Part shown: positions 28,104-38,608 of the stretch, piece after piece
Numbering within the stretch: the first letter of the stretch is position 1
How the letters are laid out: every line of letters starts with the position of its first letter
Source of the DNA: an uncultured Erysipelotrichaceae bacterium
GTDB lineage: Bacteria; Bacillota_I; Bacilli_A; Erysipelotrichales; Erysipelotrichaceae
Length of the DNA: 64,000 nucleotides
NCBI GenBank assembly: GCA_964489695.1
Contig: CAZAZP010000003.1
Location: forward strand, 884-64,883
Direction: 5' to 3'
The notes under the pieces: model-generated
What the model was told of the DNA's origin: nothing
The model's input: only the letters and a program-made list of their open reading frames with translations
Database searches by the model: none
Made by a program: the position numbers and the translations under genes

Positions 28104-28563
28104 CAGTTAACTCCGTAGGCTTAAGCCATGCTAATAAAAATAACCCGATTACGCCCAGCGTTAAAGCACTATCCGCAACATTAAAAACTGGGAAATCATA
28201 ACCAAAAATATAAAAATCGAGAAAGTCTCGCACATAATGCAAGATTAATCGATCATAAAGATTACCAAGCGTACCAGCTAACATCAAAGTAATCATCAAC
28301 CGATAATACTTTTTTTGTGCGGGAATTTTAATTAACCAAAAAATAAAGACCACACTACCAATTAAACTCACCACATAAAATAAACTGGTAAGCTGCGGAA
28401 ACATACCCCAAGCAGCTCCAGTATTGTGTAAATAAGTTAAATGGAAAAAATGGGGAATAATCACTAAAGATTGACCCAAGACAAAATTCTGAGCAAAGTA
28501 TTGCTTACTGCCAAGATCTAGGACGATAACTAAAAATAATAATAAAAGTTCTCTTTTTTTCAT
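28096..28563 (-). CDS. lspA: lipoprotein signal peptidase II
   Basis: NTGAAWG and FNVADS motifs. The ATG at 28563 follows GGTGA. Confidence 0.92.
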   Translation of the reverse strand: MKKRELLLLFLVIVLDLGSKQYFAQNFVLGQSLVIIPHFFHLTYLHNTGAAWGMFPQLTSLFYVVSLIGSVVFIFWLIKIPAQKKYYRLMITLMLAGTLGNLYDRLILHYVRDFLDFYIFGYDFPVFNVADSALTLGVIGLFLLAWLKPTELTDE

Positions 28564-28598
28564 GGGCTTCACCAATTAACAGTTTAGCACATTCACCC

Positions 28599-29768
28599 TT
28601 ATTTAGTCAGTTCCTTTAATATTTCTTGGGCTAAATTACTAAGTGACGCTGGTTCATTTAACACTTTACCACTAATAACTTGGTGGTAAAGCTCATTTAA
28701 AATAGTTTGCCGGTAAGCTTCTGGAATAGCTAAAGCCAGTAAATCTTGACCTGTTAATTGGAGATCTCTTTTAAAAACTAATTCACGATTAGCAATAATT
28801 TTATCTAATAAAGAATTAATTTTCTTTTGGTTGCTTTCACTTTGGTTAGCTAACCAAATATCATATTCAACATGACTCAAGCTATTTAAGATTAACTTTA
28901 GATCACGTTTAGTTTCAACTTTAGTTAGTAAGTGTTTACGAACTTGGATTAAGGTTTTAATATCTTGGTTACTTAAACCCAGACTTTTAGCCACCCTCGG
29001 AAATTCGCGGAGGCAGATACGCTTGGTTAACGAAACTATCCGGACTAAATAGTTTGGAACAATTAATAAATCATTAACCGCCACATAATCTAACCAAGGA
29101 TAAGCTTTAATTAAAATTGGTAAATCTTCTTTTAAGACATTTTTAACGTTTTTACCGCAAATGATTTGTTTAAACTCTATTGCTCGTCGTTCTTCGCTTA
29201 ATTTGGGTAATAAATTTTGATGAGCTAACATTGCTTGATAAGTTTCAGCTTCAATTTGAAAGGCTAACTTACTTTTAAACCGTAAAGCCCGTAAAATGCG
29301 TAAAGCATCTTCTTGAAAACGTTTCGCTGGCTGACCGACTGTTCTAATTAAGTGAGCTTGCAAGTCAGCTTGACCAGCAAAATAATCCACAATTTGTTGA
29401 TCATGATAAGCTAAGGCGTTGATAGTAAAATCCCGGCGGGCTAAGTCACCTTTTAAATCAGTCAAAAACTCAACTTTTTCCGGAAAACGATAATCACGAT
29501 ATTTTCCATCGGCCCGAAACGTCGTAACTTGAAATAACTGATGCTTTAAAACAATTCCGATTGTTCCATATTTTTCACCAGTTAAGACTAGTTTTTGCGG
29601 ACTAAATATCTCTTTTATTTGATTAGGTAACGCTGAAGTAGCAATATCATAATCTAACGGTTTTTGATGTAATAAATAATCGCGGACCGCACCACCAACC
29701 ACATATGCTGAATAATTATGCTTAACTAATGTCTCAAGAATATAATTAACCTCAGCTGGTAGTTTCAT
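28599..29768 (-). CDS. cca: CCA-adding tRNA nucleotidyltransferase
   Basis: VGGAVRDYLL, DYDIAT, RRDFTINA motifs. The ATG at 29768 follows GAGGGG. The long upstream extension overlaps the previous gene. Confidence 0.9.
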   Translation of the reverse strand: MKLPAEVNYILETLVKHNYSAYVVGGAVRDYLLHQKPLDYDIATSALPNQIKEIFSPQKLVLTGEKYGTIGIVLKHQLFQVTTFRADGKYRDYRFPEKVEFLTDLKGDLARRDFTINALAYHDQQIVDYFAGQADLQAHLIRTVGQPAKRFQEDALRILRALRFKSKLAFQIEAETYQAMLAHQNLLPKLSEERRAIEFKQIICGKNVKNVLKEDLPILIKAYPWLDYVAVNDLLIVPNYLVRIVSLTKRICLREFPRVAKSLGLSNQDIKTLIQVRKHLLTKVETKRDLKLILNSLSHVEYDIWLANQSESNQKKINSLLDKIIANRELVFKRDLQLTGQDLLALAIPEAYRQTILNELYHQVISGKVLNEPASLSNLAQEILKELTK

Positions 29769-29769
29769 T

Positions 29770-30261
29770 TTAATACCCCTCATCTTGCCTTTGGTGGTTT
29801 TTAACGTTCTTAAGTAAGTAATATTCGCGAATCTCAGCGCTAGAGAAATGCAATAACACCCCAATGGCTAAATAACTTGCCATCACCTTTTCGTAGTTTT
29901 CTAACGTAAATTCTAAAGCGAAGTTAGTAATTAACTGATAGGTCAAAAGAAAGGCGCTTGATAAATCAGCCACTGGGGGAGCACTAATGAAATAATCTGG
30001 CTGATAGTTTAAATCCAAGGCTAAAGATAAAAGAAAATGGAGACCATCCCCATATTCTTCCAAAATAATGGCCTTTTCGGCTGGGTCTTGTAAACTCCAA
30101 AATTTAAAAGTTCGGGTGGTATTAGCGCATTCGCCTAACTCCACAAGTAAGGCTAAAATCCGACGGGTGGTGGTCTCGGCGCGGCTTAAATTATGTAATT
30201 CAAAAATCCGATTATCTAATTCCGCTTGTAAAGTAAACAAATCACTGACTTCTAATTTCAT
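29770..30261 (-). CDS. all-alpha NTP pyrophosphohydrolase, dimeric dUTPase-like
   Basis: LVELGECAN and EEYGDGLHFLLS acidic motifs resemble the dUTPase_2 family. GAGGTGGA RBS. Confidence 0.55.
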   Translation of the reverse strand: MKLEVSDLFTLQAELDNRIFELHNLSRAETTTRRILALLVELGECANTTRTFKFWSLQDPAEKAIILEEYGDGLHFLLSLALDLNYQPDYFISAPPVADLSSAFLLTYQLITNFALEFTLENYEKVMASYLAIGVLLHFSSAEIREYYLLKNVKNHQRQDEGY

Positions 30262-30376
30262 CTTTCCACCTCAAACATGGCTAACTAATCGTGTATTAAA
30301 ACAATCATAACTTGACGTAAGATTACTAAGTGATTAGCTAATTGTATAGTATGTAATGCCTATTTTTTCTACCTAA

Positions 30377-30405
30377 ATTATACCAAAATAATCACGAAGA
30401 TACAA
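30377..30405 (-). promoter_or_regulatory. candidate promoter of the dUTPase-like/cca/lspA/rluD operon
   Basis: Minus strand TTGTAT, 17 nt, TGG then TATAAT (extended -10). Gives a leader of about 110 nt. Confidence 0.5.
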
Positions 30406-30439
30406 TTAAATAAAATTGCTAGTAAAGAAAAAATTCACC

Positions 30440-30943
30440 TTAATTATTTTGGTAATTTAAATGTTTCAAGACGTTTTGCGCAATAAAACCAATTCCATAA
30501 CCAGCTGGCAAAGATAAAGCTAGTAAGTATGGCAACATCAAAAAGACACTGGCAGTTTGATAATAATAACTAACTACCACCAGCTGACCTAAAGTATGGA
30601 AAAATGCTCCAATGATACTTAACATAATCAAAGAAGGCTTTAAGCTTTTATCCGCTAAAATTGTCATAATCGTACTAATCCAAACACCAGCTAATGAAAT
30701 CCAAAAAGTAGAGCCAAAAATATAACCTTTTAATAAAGAAGCTAAAATAACTCGTAACGTATTAACCGCGAGCATATCTTTTCCCGTGTATAGTTTTAAC
30801 ACTACAATTCCCATAATATTGGCTAAACCAACCCGAAAACGCGCACCAGCTAAAGGAATGTCAGGTTCCAAATAATGTAAGATGATTCCCATGGCTAATA
30901 ACATAGTAATCTGGGTAAGTTTTTGAATTGGTCGATTCTTCAT
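30440..30943 (-). CDS. Gx transporter family membrane protein (formerly heptaprenyl diphosphate synthase component I-like)
   Basis: Five TM segments. The N-terminal pattern LTQITMLLAMGIILHYLE..P..G.R.GLANI resembles that family. Confidence 0.55.
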   Translation of the reverse strand: MKNRPIQKLTQITMLLAMGIILHYLEPDIPLAGARFRVGLANIMGIVVLKLYTGKDMLAVNTLRVILASLLKGYIFGSTFWISLAGVWISTIMTILADKSLKPSLIMLSIIGAFFHTLGQLVVVSYYYQTASVFLMLPYLLALSLPAGYGIGFIAQNVLKHLNYQNN

Positions 30944-30986
30944 AATTTACACTTAACTCTTTCTGCTAAGATATTTATTGTTTACC

Positions 30987-32483
30987 TTATTTAGGCTTAA
31001 ATAATTGCGTTGCTTGAATTGCTTGGCGCCAATTGGCAAGATAGCGAGCACTTTCACTTTTTGAAAGCATCGGATAAATAGTTTCACTTGTAGTGACACT
31101 GGCTAAAAGATCGCTTTTATTTTGCCAGTAACCACATGCTAAGCCTGCTAAATAAGCGGCTCCTAAGGCAGTAGTTTCTAAAATCGGGGGTAAAATAACC
31201 GGCTTTTGTAACAGATCAGCTTGCCATTGTAAGAGAAACTTATTCGCACTAGCCCCACCATCAACCCGTAAATCAATGATTTTTAATGCGGTATCAGCTT
31301 CCATCGCTGTTAAAATATCATAAGTTTGATAAGCCAAAGACTCTAAAGTCGCCCGAATCAATTCAGCCCGAGTCGTGCCTCTAGTTAATCCAAAAATTGC
31401 CCCTTGTGCTTGTTCATCCCAATAAGGCGCTCCTAAGCCAGTAAAAGCTGGCACAATATAAACCCCACCATTATCTGCTAACCGACTCGCGATGGCTTCA
31501 CTATCGCTAGTTTGTTTTAATATTTCAAGACCATCCCGTAACCATTGTAAGGCAGCTCCAGCCACAAAAACACTACCTTCTAAAGCATAGACAACTTCTG
31601 CCCCAATTTGCCAAGCAACCGTCGCAAGTAAACCATATTGACTTAGTTGCGGTTTATTACCCGTGTTCATGAGCATGAAGCAACCCGTACCATAAGTATT
31701 TTTAACCATCCCTGGCTCAAAACACCGTTGACCAAATAGAGCTGCTTGCTGGTCACCTACTACCGCACCAATTGGAACTTCAGCTTGAAACACAGTCGCC
31801 GCTGTCGTGCCATAAATTGCTGAAGTAGGTTTGATAGTTGGTAACATTTTCATCGGAATTTGCCAAATATCACAAAGAGTTGAATCCCAAGCTAAGGTAT
31901 TGATGTCCATTAATAAAGTCCGAGAAGCATTGGAAACATCGGTTAAATGTAGTTTACCAGCCGTCATTTGATAAACCAACCAACTATCCACCGTTCCAAA
32001 TAGAAGTTCACCTTGCTCGGCCCGTTTTTGGCCAGCTGGTACTTGGTCTAAAATCCAGCGAATTTTACTAGCAGAAAAATATGGGTCAATCAATAAACCT
32101 GTTTTTTCTTTAATCAATGGTGCAAGTCCTTGTTGGCGGACCTGTTCGCATAACTCACGGGTTTGACGCGACTGCCAAACAATCGCTGGATAAACTGGTT
32201 TCCCACTAGCCTTATCCCAGACAATGGTCGTTTCACGCTGATTAGTAATTCCAATCGCCGCAATTGCTTTAATCGATACCTGAGCCTTCGCTAGACTTTC
32301 AAAGACGACAGCTAAAACAGATTCCCAAATCGCAATGGGATCTTGCTCAATCCAGCCCGGGGCAGGATAATTACTAGCTAGTTCTTTTTGCGCTTGACTA
32401 ACAATCTGGCTTTGACGATTAAAGATAATGGCGCGAGAACTGCTAGTGCCTTGATCAATGGCCAGAATATATTGTTGTTTCAT
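30987..32483 (-). CDS. glpK: glycerol kinase
   Basis: YILAIDQGTSSSR, GITNQRETT, FGTVDSWL, GGASAN motifs over the full length. Confidence 0.96.
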   Translation of the reverse strand: MKQQYILAIDQGTSSSRAIIFNRQSQIVSQAQKELASNYPAPGWIEQDPIAIWESVLAVVFESLAKAQVSIKAIAAIGITNQRETTIVWDKASGKPVYPAIVWQSRQTRELCEQVRQQGLAPLIKEKTGLLIDPYFSASKIRWILDQVPAGQKRAEQGELLFGTVDSWLVYQMTAGKLHLTDVSNASRTLLMDINTLAWDSTLCDIWQIPMKMLPTIKPTSAIYGTTAATVFQAEVPIGAVVGDQQAALFGQRCFEPGMVKNTYGTGCFMLMNTGNKPQLSQYGLLATVAWQIGAEVVYALEGSVFVAGAALQWLRDGLEILKQTSDSEAIASRLADNGGVYIVPAFTGLGAPYWDEQAQGAIFGLTRGTTRAELIRATLESLAYQTYDILTAMEADTALKIIDLRVDGGASANKFLLQWQADLLQKPVILPPILETTALGAAYLAGLACGYWQNKSDLLASVTTSETIYPMLSKSESARYLANWRQAIQATQLFKPK

Positions 32484-33214
32484 AAAGATCCTTCCTGACG
32501 CCGAAAATGATAAAGCATAATGCTAGCTGCTATTGCTACATTTAAAGATTCAACTGCGGCTTGCGGTATTTTAATTTGGTTGGAAATATTTTTTCGGATA
32601 AGTTCGCTAACTCCTTGGCCTTCATTTCCAAAGATCAAACCCAGCATATCTTGATTAGGTACTTGTTCTAATGCTAACTTTGCTTCGGCTGTCGCGATAT
32701 ATAGTGGAATGTTGACTGCTTGTAAACTAGCTAAATAAGGTAAAACTGCCCCACTTTTAACACTAATCCCAAAAATCGCACCTTGGGTCGCTCTAATTAG
32801 TTTAGGATTATATTGGTCAGTTCCACCTGCTAAAAAAACTTCATCAAAGCCAAAGGCCAACGCTGAACGAATAATGGTTCCAACATTGCCTGGATCTTGA
32901 ACTTCATCTAAAATTATTACTTTATTTAAGTTATTTGGTTTCACCGTGAAGTAGCGACAGACTGCTACGACAGGCGAACCAGAAATCGTCGCTGAGAGTT
33001 TTTTTAAAATTGTGGGACTAACCACTACATCAGCCTGATACAACTCTTTAAACTCAGCCGTGGTAATGACTGTTTTAACGATCTGGGCGGCCCGCGCTGC
33101 CGCTAAAAGATGTTCACCTTCCACCAAAAACTCTTGCGCTAAATCACGATATTTCTTTTGCTGTAATTTTTGCCAAGCTTTAATCTTTTGATTAGCTTGC
33201 GATGTTAGTTCCAC
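32480..33214 (-). CDS. TrmH/SpoU family RNA 2'-O-methyltransferase
   Basis: DEVQDPGNVGTIIRSA, FGNEGQGV and SLNVAIAASIMLY SpoU motifs. GTG start after GAGGTGAG. Confidence 0.82.
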   Translation of the reverse strand: MELTSQANQKIKAWQKLQQKKYRDLAQEFLVEGEHLLAAARAAQIVKTVITTAEFKELYQADVVVSPTILKKLSATISGSPVVAVCRYFTVKPNNLNKVIILDEVQDPGNVGTIIRSALAFGFDEVFLAGGTDQYNPKLIRATQGAIFGISVKSGAVLPYLASLQAVNIPLYIATAEAKLALEQVPNQDMLGLIFGNEGQGVSELIRKNISNQIKIPQAAVESLNVAIAASIMLYHFRRQEGSL

Positions 33215-33246
33215 CTACTCACCTCACTTTTGCAACGATTAACTAG

Positions 33247-33744
33247 TTATTTTAATTCTTCGGGTTTGATTAAACGAAAATCAACATGGCAATAACCGCG
33301 GGGGTTTTTCACCAAATAAGCTTGATGTTCTTCTTCGGCTAAATAAAACGCAGTCAATGGTTCAATTTCAACCGCTAACGGTTTTTGGTATTGAAGTTGC
33401 AACTGTTGGAAAAAGTTAGAAATAACCGCTTGCTCTTGCTCAGTTTGATAATAAACACCAGTGCGATATTGAGGACCAATATCATTACCTTGCTGATTGA
33501 TACTAGTTGGATCAATCATCCGAGCTAAGTGTTCCAATATCTTGACTAAACTTATCACTTGTGGATCATAAGTTAAGCGTACGGCTTCGGTATGGCCAGT
33601 AGTTGATGTACAAACTTCGCGATAACTGGGTTGCTTGAGCCAACCTTGCGCGTAACCAGCCTCACTAGCTTCAATTCCTTGTAAGCGACGATAATATTCC
33701 GCTACACCCCAAAAGCAGCCACCTGCTACTACAATCGTGTTCAT
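33247..33744 (-). CDS. msrA: peptide-methionine (S)-S-oxide reductase
   Basis: GGCFWG active site, GHTEAV, QGND.GPQYR. The ATG at 33744 follows AGGTGAG. Confidence 0.93.
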   Translation of the reverse strand: MNTIVVAGGCFWGVAEYYRRLQGIEASEAGYAQGWLKQPSYREVCTSTTGHTEAVRLTYDPQVISLVKILEHLARMIDPTSINQQGNDIGPQYRTGVYYQTEQEQAVISNFFQQLQLQYQKPLAVEIEPLTAFYLAEEEHQAYLVKNPRGYCHVDFRLIKPEELK

Positions 33745-33745
33745 C

Positions 33746-36466
33746 TTACTCACCTAATACAGCTTGACAACGTGGGCATAAACCAGCTTCATCAGGCTCA
33801 GCGGTAATATTCCAACAACGCGGACAAGTTGTTCCAACTGCTTTATCAATCGTTACTGCTAAATCAGCTGATTCATTACTGACTAAATTAACTTGGCTAA
33901 TAGTTAACCATTGAGCTAAATCTTCCTTTAAATATTTTTCAACCAAGACGTAATCAGCTTGATTAACTTTAATACTAGCCGCGGCTTCAAGTGGTTTTCC
34001 AATCACTTTTTCATTTCGTGCTTCTTCAAGTTGTTTAAAGACCACTTCTCGTAAGGCAAATAACCGTTTAAAATCTTGTTTTAGTTGTTCACTATTTTTA
34101 ATTTCCAAGTTGCTAGCAAACTCTAATGTATGAACGGTAACTCCACTTGGATTAAAGAACCCATAAATTTCTTCAGCGGTATAAACTAAAATCGGGGCCC
34201 ATAAGCGGACTAAAGCATCAGTTAATAACCATAAAACTGTTTGAACTTGACGTCGCCGGTTAGCTGTTTGTTTTTCAATATATAAAATATCTTTAGTAAA
34301 ATCTAAATAGTAAGCACTTAGTTCACGTGACATAAATACCATCAAACTATTACTAACAGTTAAAAAATCAAAGCGTTCATAAGCTTGACTTGCTTTAGCT
34401 TGAATATCCGCAAATAAAGCTAAAAGATGTTGATCAACTAAGGTTAATTCATTTAGCGAAAGCAAATCTTTTTGTGGATCAAAATCAGCTGGATTAAGAT
34501 TACCTAACATAAAGCGGAACGTATTACGAATCTTGCGATAATGTTCGCTAATTTGTTTTAAGATGTCATCGCCAATCCGGACATCTTGTTTAAAATCAAT
34601 GGTCGCACACCATAAGCGGAAAGTATCAGCTCCATAAACATCAATCACCGCAATTGGATCTACGATATTACCAATCGACTTACTCATTTTATTGCCTTTA
34701 TTATCTAAGACATAGCCATGAGAAATAACCGATTTATAAGGTGCTTGTTGGCGAGTCGCTAAACCGACGATTAACGAAGAGTTAAACCAACCCCGGTATT
34801 GATCACTACCTTCAAAATATAAATCAGCTGGATATGGTAAGCCTCGTGCATTGAGAATTTGATGGCTACTACCAGAATCAAACCAGACATCCATAATATC
34901 GGTTTCTTTACGGAAACGGCCATTAGGACTAGCAGGATGTTTAAAACCGACTGGTAATAATTCTTCAGCACTTAACTCAAACCAAATATTACTGCCATGT
35001 GTCCGAAATAAATCTGCTAAATGTTCAAACACTTTTTTATCCATCAGCGGAGTATCATCTTCAGCGTAAATAATCGGAATTGGTAAACCCCAAAGCCGTT
35101 GGCGGGAAATACACCAATCGCCACGTTCTTTGATCATACTATAAAGTCGTGCTTCACCCCATTCGTTTTCCCAGCGCACTTTACTAATTTCGCTTAATAA
35201 TTGTTCGCGAATTTTATCAATTGAAGCAAACCATTGTACGGTAGCCCGATAAATTACCGGAGCCTTCATGCGATCATCATATGGATAGCTGTGAGTAATA
35301 AATTCTAGTGATAATAAATTACCTAACTCTTCTAGCTTTAACGTAATAGTTTTATTCGCTTCATCTACAAACTGGCCGGCTAGAAATTCACCGGCTTCAG
35401 CTGTCATTAAACCTTTTTCATCAACCGGACAAAAAGCTGGTAAACCATATTTTTGGGCCACATAAAAGTCTTCTAACCCATGGCCAGGTGCGGTATGGAC
35501 ACAACCAGTACCATCTTCCGCGGTAACATGGTCTCCCAAAATAACCAAAGAAGGTCGATCGGGATAAAAGGGATGCTTAACCGTAATTAATTCCAAATCT
35601 TTACCACGATATGTGGCTAATACTTCATAATCATTCAAGTCAAATTTTTCCATTAATTCAGCCACTTTATCCGCTAAGACAATTAAGTTACCTTTAGCTG
35701 TTTTAACTTTCGCATAAGTAAAATCTGGATGTAAAGCAACCGCTAAATTAGCGGGAATGGTCCAAGGTGTTGTGGTCCAAATTACAAAATAATCAGCTTC
35801 AGTTAAAATACCTTTACCATCTGAAACTTGAAAAGCCACAAAAATTGCGGGATCCTTTTTATCATGGTAAACAATCTCTGATTCTGCTAAGGCACTTTCC
35901 GAAGCATAAGACCAATAAACCGGTTTTAGACCTTGATAAATCAGTCCAGCTAAAGCCATTTTAGCGAAAGCTTGCACTTGGTCAGCTTCAAAATCTTTCG
36001 TCAGTGTGATATAAGGGTGTTGATAATCCGCAATTGCTCCTAAGCGTTCCATTGTTGCTTTTTGGATTTCAATTTGTTTTAACGCATAATTATGACAAGC
36101 AGCACGAAAGTCCTGAGGAGTAACTTTTTTTCGATCAACCCCTTGTTTAATTACCGCATTTTCAATTGGTAATCCATGAGTATCCCAACCGGGAATAAAG
36201 GGAGTTAGATAACCACTCATTGCTTTCGAGCGAATTACGAAATCTTTTAAAACGCGATTCATTGCGGTGCCCGCATGTAAATTACCATTGGCATACGGTG
36301 GCCCATCATGTAAAACATATAAGGCTTGATCTTTACGGGCCGCTAATAAGCGTTCATAGTGCTTACTAGCTTGCCAACTTGCTAAAATTGCTGGCTCTTT
36401 CTTTGGTAAGTTGCCGCGCATTTCAAATGCAGTATTCGGCATCAGTAACGTATCTTTATAATCCAT
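33746..36466 (-). CDS. ileS: isoleucine--tRNA ligase
   Basis: HAGTAMNR (HIGH), KMSKS, C-terminal Zn-finger CPRC..CPRC, 906 aa. Confidence 0.97.
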   Translation of the reverse strand: MDYKDTLLMPNTAFEMRGNLPKKEPAILASWQASKHYERLLAARKDQALYVLHDGPPYANGNLHAGTAMNRVLKDFVIRSKAMSGYLTPFIPGWDTHGLPIENAVIKQGVDRKKVTPQDFRAACHNYALKQIEIQKATMERLGAIADYQHPYITLTKDFEADQVQAFAKMALAGLIYQGLKPVYWSYASESALAESEIVYHDKKDPAIFVAFQVSDGKGILTEADYFVIWTTTPWTIPANLAVALHPDFTYAKVKTAKGNLIVLADKVAELMEKFDLNDYEVLATYRGKDLELITVKHPFYPDRPSLVILGDHVTAEDGTGCVHTAPGHGLEDFYVAQKYGLPAFCPVDEKGLMTAEAGEFLAGQFVDEANKTITLKLEELGNLLSLEFITHSYPYDDRMKAPVIYRATVQWFASIDKIREQLLSEISKVRWENEWGEARLYSMIKERGDWCISRQRLWGLPIPIIYAEDDTPLMDKKVFEHLADLFRTHGSNIWFELSAEELLPVGFKHPASPNGRFRKETDIMDVWFDSGSSHQILNARGLPYPADLYFEGSDQYRGWFNSSLIVGLATRQQAPYKSVISHGYVLDNKGNKMSKSIGNIVDPIAVIDVYGADTFRLWCATIDFKQDVRIGDDILKQISEHYRKIRNTFRFMLGNLNPADFDPQKDLLSLNELTLVDQHLLALFADIQAKASQAYERFDFLTVSNSLMVFMSRELSAYYLDFTKDILYIEKQTANRRRQVQTVLWLLTDALVRLWAPILVYTAEEIYGFFNPSGVTVHTLEFASNLEIKNSEQLKQDFKRLFALREVVFKQLEEARNEKVIGKPLEAAASIKVNQADYVLVEKYLKEDLAQWLTISQVNLVSNESADLAVTIDKAVGTTCPRCWNITAEPDEAGLCPRCQAVLGE

Positions 36467-36483
36467 ATTTACTCCTTTATAAT

Positions 36484-36690
36484 AAAAAAAGCGTCGCTAA
36501 GGACGCAATAACGTGGTACCACCTTAGTTTATGCTGACGCATACCCTCAATTACTTTAACGCAGTACTACGATAACTCTTACTAGCTTCTGAGCTATAAC
36601 TCGCAAGTGATAATTGATTAACATCTTGATTTATTTGCACCAACCATAAATTCTCTATTTACCAACATTAATCATTTTGTCTTGTTCTTC
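36484..36690 (-). promoter_or_regulatory. T-box leader (Ile specifier AUC) with terminator
   Basis: Minus strand has AUAGAGAAU (AG bulge), GGUUGGUGCAA distal loop, UUAAUCAA (AUC then A) and the T-box AAGGUGGUACCACG. The terminator is GCGUCC-UUAG-CGACGC plus U7. Confidence 0.88.
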
Positions 36691-36692
36691 GC

Positions 36693-37142
36693 TTATATTT
36701 CTTTTAACCACGCAATATTTGGTGGTTCATTAATTTGAATACTGGCCATTAAGGCCTCAATCTTTAATAACTTACTTTGAACTTCTTCTTTCGCTAAACC
36801 TAATTCTTGATTTAGACGGGCTATTTCAATCAATAAGATTTTTGCACTGGCTAGTGCTTCCCCGATAATTTCATCCGCATTATGTTGGGCAGCGGCAATA
36901 ATTTGATTAGCTTCCGTTAAGACCAGTTGCGATTGATTCGTTTTCAGTAATTTAGCTTTCGCCATAATAATTGCTTGTTTCAAGTTATTTACTTCTTGAT
37001 AAAGCTCTTTCATACGCTTATCATAGGTTTCAATTAACAGATTCTTATTACTCAATTCCTGCTGTAAGGTCGCAATATAAGCATCAACGGTGGCTTTATC
37101 ATAGCCTTTTAGCACCGTTTTGAAAGTGGCTGGTTTACTCAT
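36693..37142 (-). CDS. divIVA: DivIVA domain-containing cell-division protein
   Basis: N-terminal F.....GYDK..VD.Y motif followed by coiled coil. sepF-divIVA-ileS synteny. Confidence 0.82.
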   Translation of the reverse strand: MSKPATFKTVLKGYDKATVDAYIATLQQELSNKNLLIETYDKRMKELYQEVNNLKQAIIMAKAKLLKTNQSQLVLTEANQIIAAAQHNADEIIGEALASAKILLIEIARLNQELGLAKEEVQSKLLKIEALMASIQINEPPNIAWLKEI

Positions 37143-37524
37143 TAGCTTCTAAAGTAATCTCGCCGTCGACACCAATCGATTTAGGTGTACATAAGACCAC
37201 GTTATGACCAATTTTTTGAATCGTGCCATCTAGTGCAAAGACAACACCTGTTAAAACATCGATACAACGTTGGGCGTCTTCGCGGATTAAGCGATGCAGG
37301 TTAACCACCGCTGCTCGGCGTTGTTTTAAATGACTCGCAATCTCTTCGGCTTCATCAAAAGATCGTGGTTCAAAGAGTACCATCCGAATATCCGTTGGCA
37401 TCTTCGGAACATTTTTATTCCGTGGATTTTCATATTGACTAATAGCCTGGACTTCTTCTTCCGTTAATTCCAGAATTTCATCATCCGGTGCAATAAAATC
37501 TTTCAATTTTTTTGTAATACTCAT
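37135..37524 (-). CDS. sepF: cell division protein SepF
   Basis: The C-terminal core (LFEPRSFDEAEEIASHLKQRRAAVVNL...DVLTGVVFALDG) is typical of SepF. Confidence 0.9.
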   Translation of the reverse strand: MSITKKLKDFIAPDDEILELTEEEVQAISQYENPRNKNVPKMPTDIRMVLFEPRSFDEAEEIASHLKQRRAAVVNLHRLIREDAQRCIDVLTGVVFALDGTIQKIGHNVVLCTPKSIGVDGEITLEANE

Positions 37525-37628
37525 AGCAACCTCCTTATCAGTTGATTAATACACCTGAAAAGCTACCTGTATCATACCATAAAGCCCAACTACTGAAAAG
37601 AAAAACTGTTGGTTTTAAGAAATATCCG

Positions 37629-37964
37629 TTACCGCCAAAAACCAGCTAAATCACTGATAAAGCGGTCAAGAAAGTTGTGTTCACCCAGCGTATTTATCTT
37701 AAAAAATACAGCTTGACTACCACCGGAAGTAATCGCCGATAAAAAAAGCTGATTTCCTTCACCTAGTAAAGTCACATTTAAACTAACCCGATTACTACCA
37801 AAATAACTAAAACGTTCAAAAACTCGAATTGCTAGCTGCAACTCACCAGCTTGAAAGTCACTTTTTTCCTCTAAGGTAGCGGATAAACTACTTAAGCCGG
37901 CAGTTTCAATTGCTTGTAGTAACTGATTAAAATTTCCGGTAAAGCGTTGTTCAAATTTAGCCAA
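37629..37964 (-). CDS. hypothetical protein
   Basis: ORF with TTG start behind AAGGAG. No family recognised. Confidence 0.5.
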   Translation of the reverse strand: MAKFEQRFTGNFNQLLQAIETAGLSSLSATLEEKSDFQAGELQLAIRVFERFSYFGSNRVSLNVTLLGEGNQLFLSAITSGGSQAVFFKINTLGEHNFLDRFISDLAGFWR

Positions 37965-37980
37965 TTTAATCTCCTTTTAT

Positions 37981-38003
37981 AAAAAAGCCAGCCTGAGCTG
38001 GCT
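37981..38003 (-). terminator. intrinsic terminator after hpf
   Basis: AGCCAGC-TCAG-GCTGGCT followed by T6 on the minus strand. Confidence 0.7.
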
Positions 38004-38006
38004 GGT

Positions 38007-38546
38007 TTATTCTGTTTCTAGTAAACCATATCCGCCATCATGGCGTTTGTAAACTACTGCATAACTATCAGTTTCATTATCAATATAAATGAAAAATGAA
38101 TGACCAAGCATTTCCATTTGGAGAATAGCTTCGTCTAAATCCATCAAAACTGGTTTGATTTGTTTAGTTCTAACTAGGCTATCATCGATCTCTTCATCTG
38201 TTACAGTAGTTTGATCAATCTCTTCTAAAAATGTTTTAGCCAACTTTTCACCATGTTTTTTGGTTAACCGCGTTTTTTGGCGTCGAATTTGGTCTTGGAG
38301 CCGATCAACAATCAAATCAATCGCTGAATAAAAATCTTCATGGTCAGCTTCAGCTCGTAATAATGCGACTTTAGTTGGAATCGTTACTTCTAATCTTTGA
38401 AACGTCGGATAGTTTTTAACCAAAACATTAACACTGGTATTCTCATCAATTAGAAAGAATTTATTGAGGAACTGGAGCTTCTTTTCTACACGATTGCGCA
38501 TCCCTTCAGTAACCTTGATGTTTTTACCATGTATGGCTATTTTCAT
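38007..38546 (-). CDS. hpf: ribosome hibernation promoting factor, long form
   Basis: N-terminal sigma-54 modulation/S30EA domain plus the C-terminal dimerisation domain (MDLDEAILQMEMLGHSFFIY). Confidence 0.95.
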   Translation of the reverse strand: MKIAIHGKNIKVTEGMRNRVEKKLQFLNKFFLIDENTSVNVLVKNYPTFQRLEVTIPTKVALLRAEADHEDFYSAIDLIVDRLQDQIRRQKTRLTKKHGEKLAKTFLEEIDQTTVTDEEIDDSLVRTKQIKPVLMDLDEAILQMEMLGHSFFIYIDNETDSYAVVYKRHDGGYGLLETE

Positions 38547-38608
38547 AAATTATTCCTCCTCTATTGTTAATTATATTATAACCTATTTAACGATTTATTG
38601 TGTGGTAT

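Noticed and set aside
16406-30261. Long N-terminal extensions given by the ORF track for tig (17698), the 250-aa protein (18491), cca (29864), lspA (28575), plus chrA (40422), msrA (33753), ppdK (10020), nanE (3893) and opuCA (48461).
   Set aside because: Downstream in-frame ATGs have proper Shine-Dalgarno sequences. The extensions overlap promoters, terminators or upstream genes, so the shorter forms are preferred.
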